Shown in pieces: positions 60,921-64,000 of a stretch of 64,000 bases of DNA; within the stretch, counting starts at the first letter, position 1; every line of letters starts with the position of its first letter. Position numbers and translations under genes: made by a program. The stretch lies in contig CAYLZE010000005.1 of assembly GCA_964388035.1 (NCBI GenBank), positions 3,742 through 67,741 of the forward strand, written 5' to 3'. The stretch is from an uncultured archaeon (GTDB lineage Archaea; Asgardarchaeota; Lokiarchaeia; Sigyniarchaeales; SOKP01). The notes under the pieces were generated by a model that saw nothing but the letters and a program-made list of their open reading frames with translations, was not told where the DNA came from and did no database searches.

Positions 60921-62819
60921 TTAGCCAGTTCTTTTGAAAAGCTTATCTAACTCCTTATAGGAAAAAAATTTCATGACCGGTCTTCCATGAGCACAATGAA
61001 AGGGGTCCTTGCAAGTGGATAATTGAATCAATAAATTCCTAATATCTTTTAAAGACAAATCATCACCTCCCCGAATGCTCCGATGACAGGACAAGTAATT
61101 GATGATTTCTTCCTTGACTTCGGAAAAGGAACGTTCCTTTCCAATCTCCGTGATATCGCTGACAATTTCCTTGATTATCGCAGTATCCACGGATTTTCCC
61201 ATAATGACGGGAATTTCTCTTAAAATAAAAGTATTTCCCCCAAAGTGTTCGAAATTAAAACCCAATTTCTTGAACTGAGCAAGATTTTCCATCAAGAAGA
61301 ATTTTTCACTGGGGGATACTTCTAGATGTAAAGGAGAGATCAGCACTTGTTTACTTTTCACGGAATTTTCATACACGTCCAAGAAATATTCCTTGTTAAT
61401 TCGCTCGGATGCAGCATGTTGATCCAAGATAAACATTCCTTCCTCCCCCTCTTGGCTGAATCCTTCTAATAGGATGTAGATTTTATTGCTTAATTGTCCC
61501 GTTGGAGGAAGGAGTTTAATACGAGGAAAATTCTTCTCGGTAATATATTTATCTCGAATCAAGGAATCCAATACTTTTTTTTGCGAAGATCCTTGCATTT
61601 CCTCGTGTTCAATTAACAAGGTTTGTACGGGCTCTGATAGGAATTCGGAATTCATATCGGCATTTTCTTCCGTCGGGACTTGACTTACTGCCATCTTTTC
61701 TTGATCATCTAATACGGCTTGCTCATCAAGATTGAGTGAACTTACGTGTTGAGTCGTGGTTTTATTTCCTTTAATACCAGTATAATCCGTGATCTCCATG
61801 GGGATAGTTGCACTCTCTTCCTTCATGAAGTTCTCTTCCACTACCTTGCGAATGATAGTATAGACTTTATTATACATGTAATTATCATCTTCAAATCGCA
61901 CGTGGAGTTTCTTGGGATGCACGTTAAAATCCACAGTAGAAGGGCTTATATCTAAAAAGAGGATGAAAAAGGGAAACTTATTTATCATTAAAGTACCTTT
62001 ATAGGCATCCTTAACTGCTCTGAACAAGACATCACTGATGATGTAGCGCTTGTTTAAAAACACGCTCGAATCTTTCCGATTTCTACTCGAAATTGCCGGT
62101 TTTCCTATTAATCCCCATGCTTTAAAGTCTTCATCTTCGGAATACTCAAAGGAAATCAACTGGCTTGCTATTTGCTTGCCATACACGTGGAACACTGTGG
62201 TTCGCAAATCATTTGATAAAGGACAATTTAGAATGGTTAGCTCATCATGTGCATAATAAAAATGCAACTCGGGATATGCCAACGCATATCGTTGCAAGAT
62301 ATCCGTGATGTGCCCCAGTTCCGTGGCATCGGATTTTAAAAACTTTTTTCGAGCGGGAAGGTTATAAAAGAGGTTTAATATTTTTATATCCGTGCCAATG
62401 GGACAAGAAATACTCTTTTTTCCTTTTACCTTTCCTTCCTCCAGGATTAATTCCTCGCCTAAATCAATCCCTTTAATTCTCGAACGGATCTGGACCTTGC
62501 TCACCACTGCCATGCTGGCCAGCGCTTCTCCCCGAAAGCCCAGGGTTTGCAGGTTTTCTAAATCCTCCACGCTTCTTATCTTGCTACTGGTATGCCGTTC
62601 GAAAGCAATCTCCATTTCATCGGAGGGAATGCCAATCCCATCATCTATCACTTGAATTAAAGTTTTCCCCGCATTTTTCACCAGCACTTTTATTTCTTTC
62701 GCTCCCGCATCGATACTATTTTCAACCAGCTCTTTAATCACGTTAGAAGGGCGCTCTACCACCTCACCTGCCGCAATTTTTTCGGCGTGAATAATTTTTT
62801 CGATCTTCTTGCGTTCCAT
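60921..62819 (-). CDS. mutL: DNA mismatch repair endonuclease MutL
   Basis: IAAGEVVERP, GFRGEALAS, DQHAASER, CAHGRP. Confidence 0.95.
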   Translation of the reverse strand: MERKKIEKIIHAEKIAAGEVVERPSNVIKELVENSIDAGAKEIKVLVKNAGKTLIQVIDDGIGIPSDEMEIAFERHTSSKIRSVEDLENLQTLGFRGEALASMAVVSKVQIRSRIKGIDLGEELILEEGKVKGKKSISCPIGTDIKILNLFYNLPARKKFLKSDATELGHITDILQRYALAYPELHFYYAHDELTILNCPLSNDLRTTVFHVYGKQIASQLISFEYSEDEDFKAWGLIGKPAISSRNRKDSSVFLNKRYIISDVLFRAVKDAYKGTLMINKFPFFILFLDISPSTVDFNVHPKKLHVRFEDDNYMYNKVYTIIRKVVEENFMKEESATIPMEITDYTGIKGNKTTTQHVSSLNLDEQAVLDDQEKMAVSQVPTEENADMNSEFLSEPVQTLLIEHEEMQGSSQKKVLDSLIRDKYITEKNFPRIKLLPPTGQLSNKIYILLEGFSQEGEEGMFILDQHAASERINKEYFLDVYENSVKSKQVLISPLHLEVSPSEKFFLMENLAQFKKLGFNFEHFGGNTFILREIPVIMGKSVDTAIIKEIVSDITEIGKERSFSEVKEEIINYLSCHRSIRGGDDLSLKDIRNLLIQLSTCKDPFHCAHGRPVMKFFSYKELDKLFKRTG

Positions 62820-62906
62820 TAAATTATTACCCGGATTAATACATTATCTTTTTTCTTTTAATGTAAAAGGAATTTTATTAAATTAATCTTCTCAATATAA
62901 AATGCT

Positions 62907-63016
62907 GTTTCCATCTTCTACTTGAAGCTTTTTCTCCGTAACTGTAAAATCAGCAGACTCCTTATTAATTTATTAACATGTTTCAATCTTCTACTTGAAG
63001 CGTTTTTCTCCGCAAC
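62907..63016 (-). CRISPR. Orphan CRISPR mini-array (2 repeats, 1 spacer)
   Basis: 37-nt repeat GTTGCGGAGAAAAACGCTTCAAGTAGAAGATTGAAAC (63016-62980), 37-nt spacer, degenerate 36-nt repeat (62942-62907); AT-rich leader-like region at >63017. Confidence 0.7.
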
Positions 63017-63158
63017 TATTATATATATAATACAATATAAAAACAACCCTATTATAATTTTATGTAAATCAGAGAACATTTCCGAATTTAGAAAAGTTAT
63101 CTAAGGTATTGTGACGATTTTGCAGGATTGGCCTTATTAATTTTCCTTTATATGGAAG

Positions 63159-63457
63159 TTAATTTAAAATATTAGTAGATAAGAAATTTCTTAGTAACAT
63201 ATTTGTAGCATCTGGATGTGGTGAAAAGACGTGAAGTATTATTATAGTGGGAGACTCTGAAGCGGAAAAATGGTAGAGTGTTCCAAAGCCTTTATCATAT
63301 GTGATTATTGGTACTTGATGTTCAAAGCATAATCAAAAATGATTTGATCACTTATTCCTGGCTTTAATTCTTTCTCAACAAAAAGTAGATTAAGTCCTGA
63401 TTTTTTTAAAATTAAAATAGTAGATTTAGCAAGGCATTCGTCTACGAGGAGCTTCAT
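63159..63457 (-). pseudogene. DUF5615/Mut7-C PIN-like toxin, frameshifted
   Basis: MKLLVDECL..GISDQIIFDYAL then a frameshift near 63321 to HQVPIITYDKGFG; downstream of DUF433. Confidence 0.75.
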
Positions 63458-63495
63458 GTGAACATAAATGATCAAATTATTATGATAAAGGCCTA

Positions 63496-63729
63496 TTAAA
63501 GATTAATTAATTCTTCTTCGGGGTGATCGACAACAAAAATCGAATATTCAAGAGCTGCTTTTATATCTTCCCTAGAAAGACGAGGGTATTCCTCTATTAT
63601 CTTTTCAAAGCTTGCTCCGTCGCTTAACATTTTTAATACTAGAGAGATCGGTATTCTTGTACCTTTAAATACAGGTTTTCCAGATAGTATAGCTGGATCA
63701 TTTCGAATTCTTTCAAAGAATTCATTCAT
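63496..63729 (-). CDS. DUF433 antitoxin
   Basis: DPAILSGKPVFKGTRIP..EEYPRLSREDIKAALEY. Confidence 0.9.
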   Translation of the reverse strand: MNEFFERIRNDPAILSGKPVFKGTRIPISLVLKMLSDGASFEKIIEEYPRLSREDIKAALEYSIFVVDHPEEELINL

Positions 63730-63850
63730 TTATATTCTTCTCTTGTAATAATTTACTAATGAATTTAATATTCTCAGTAAAAATAAAACTTTTATATTTC
63801 AATTTTTATATGGCTAATTTTCACTTTAAGAGAAATTATAGTGTAAACAT

Positions 63851-64000
63851 TCATTCTTTACTGCTTAAATTTGCTCCATTAAAACTTTCTTTTAAAACAA
63901 ACTTTACTTCATAATTTTTTAAAAGAAATTGATTTAAGGATATTAATTCCCTTATTTGGAAATAAGGAAGTTTCTCATAATAAGGAGGCAGAATCTTCAT
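63851..64000 (-). CDS. Possible 3' end of a gene extending past the window
   Basis: Open frame of 49 codons to the window edge; no motif. Confidence 0.3.
   Translation of the reverse strand: MKILPPYYEKLPYFQIRELISLNQFLLKNYEVKFVLKESFNGANLSSKE

Noticed and set aside
62943-62979. Self-targeting of the CRISPR spacer to TAATAAGGAG near 63978
   Set aside because: Only a 10-nt AT-rich match, expected by chance.

Overview
AT-rich archaeal chromosome segment, almost certainly from an Asgard archaeon (Lokiarchaeia/Promethearchaeota). It carries Lokiactin, a Rab/Ras-like GTPase, longin and roadblock proteins, LRR proteins, Hef, Rpo6, PAN, EF-1beta, MutL, purine and NAD genes, and an intron-containing tRNA-Val. 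The main unexpected signal is three 30-33 nt hairpin inserts inside protein-coding genes: two in the 3' end of actin and one in a UDP-glucuronate decarboxylase. Each folds into an archaeal bulge-helix-bulge (BHB/BHL)-type splice motif. Cutting at the canonical tRNA-endonuclease positions exactly restores the conserved protein sequence (actin ...[17 protein letters not shown]; UXS ...GNVNPVGPR...). These look like EndA-spliced mRNA introns. A free-standing double-LAGLIDADG protein lies immediately downstream of actin. Other accessory signals: a 3.1 kb islet bounded by a 96-bp duplication of the rpo6 3' end, an orphan one-spacer CRISPR mini-array upstream of mutL, a triplicated ABC exporter with a near-identical ATPase tract, two apparently disabled PIN toxins, and probable non-canonical start codons. 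All product calls come from motif recognition by eye; no database searches were run.
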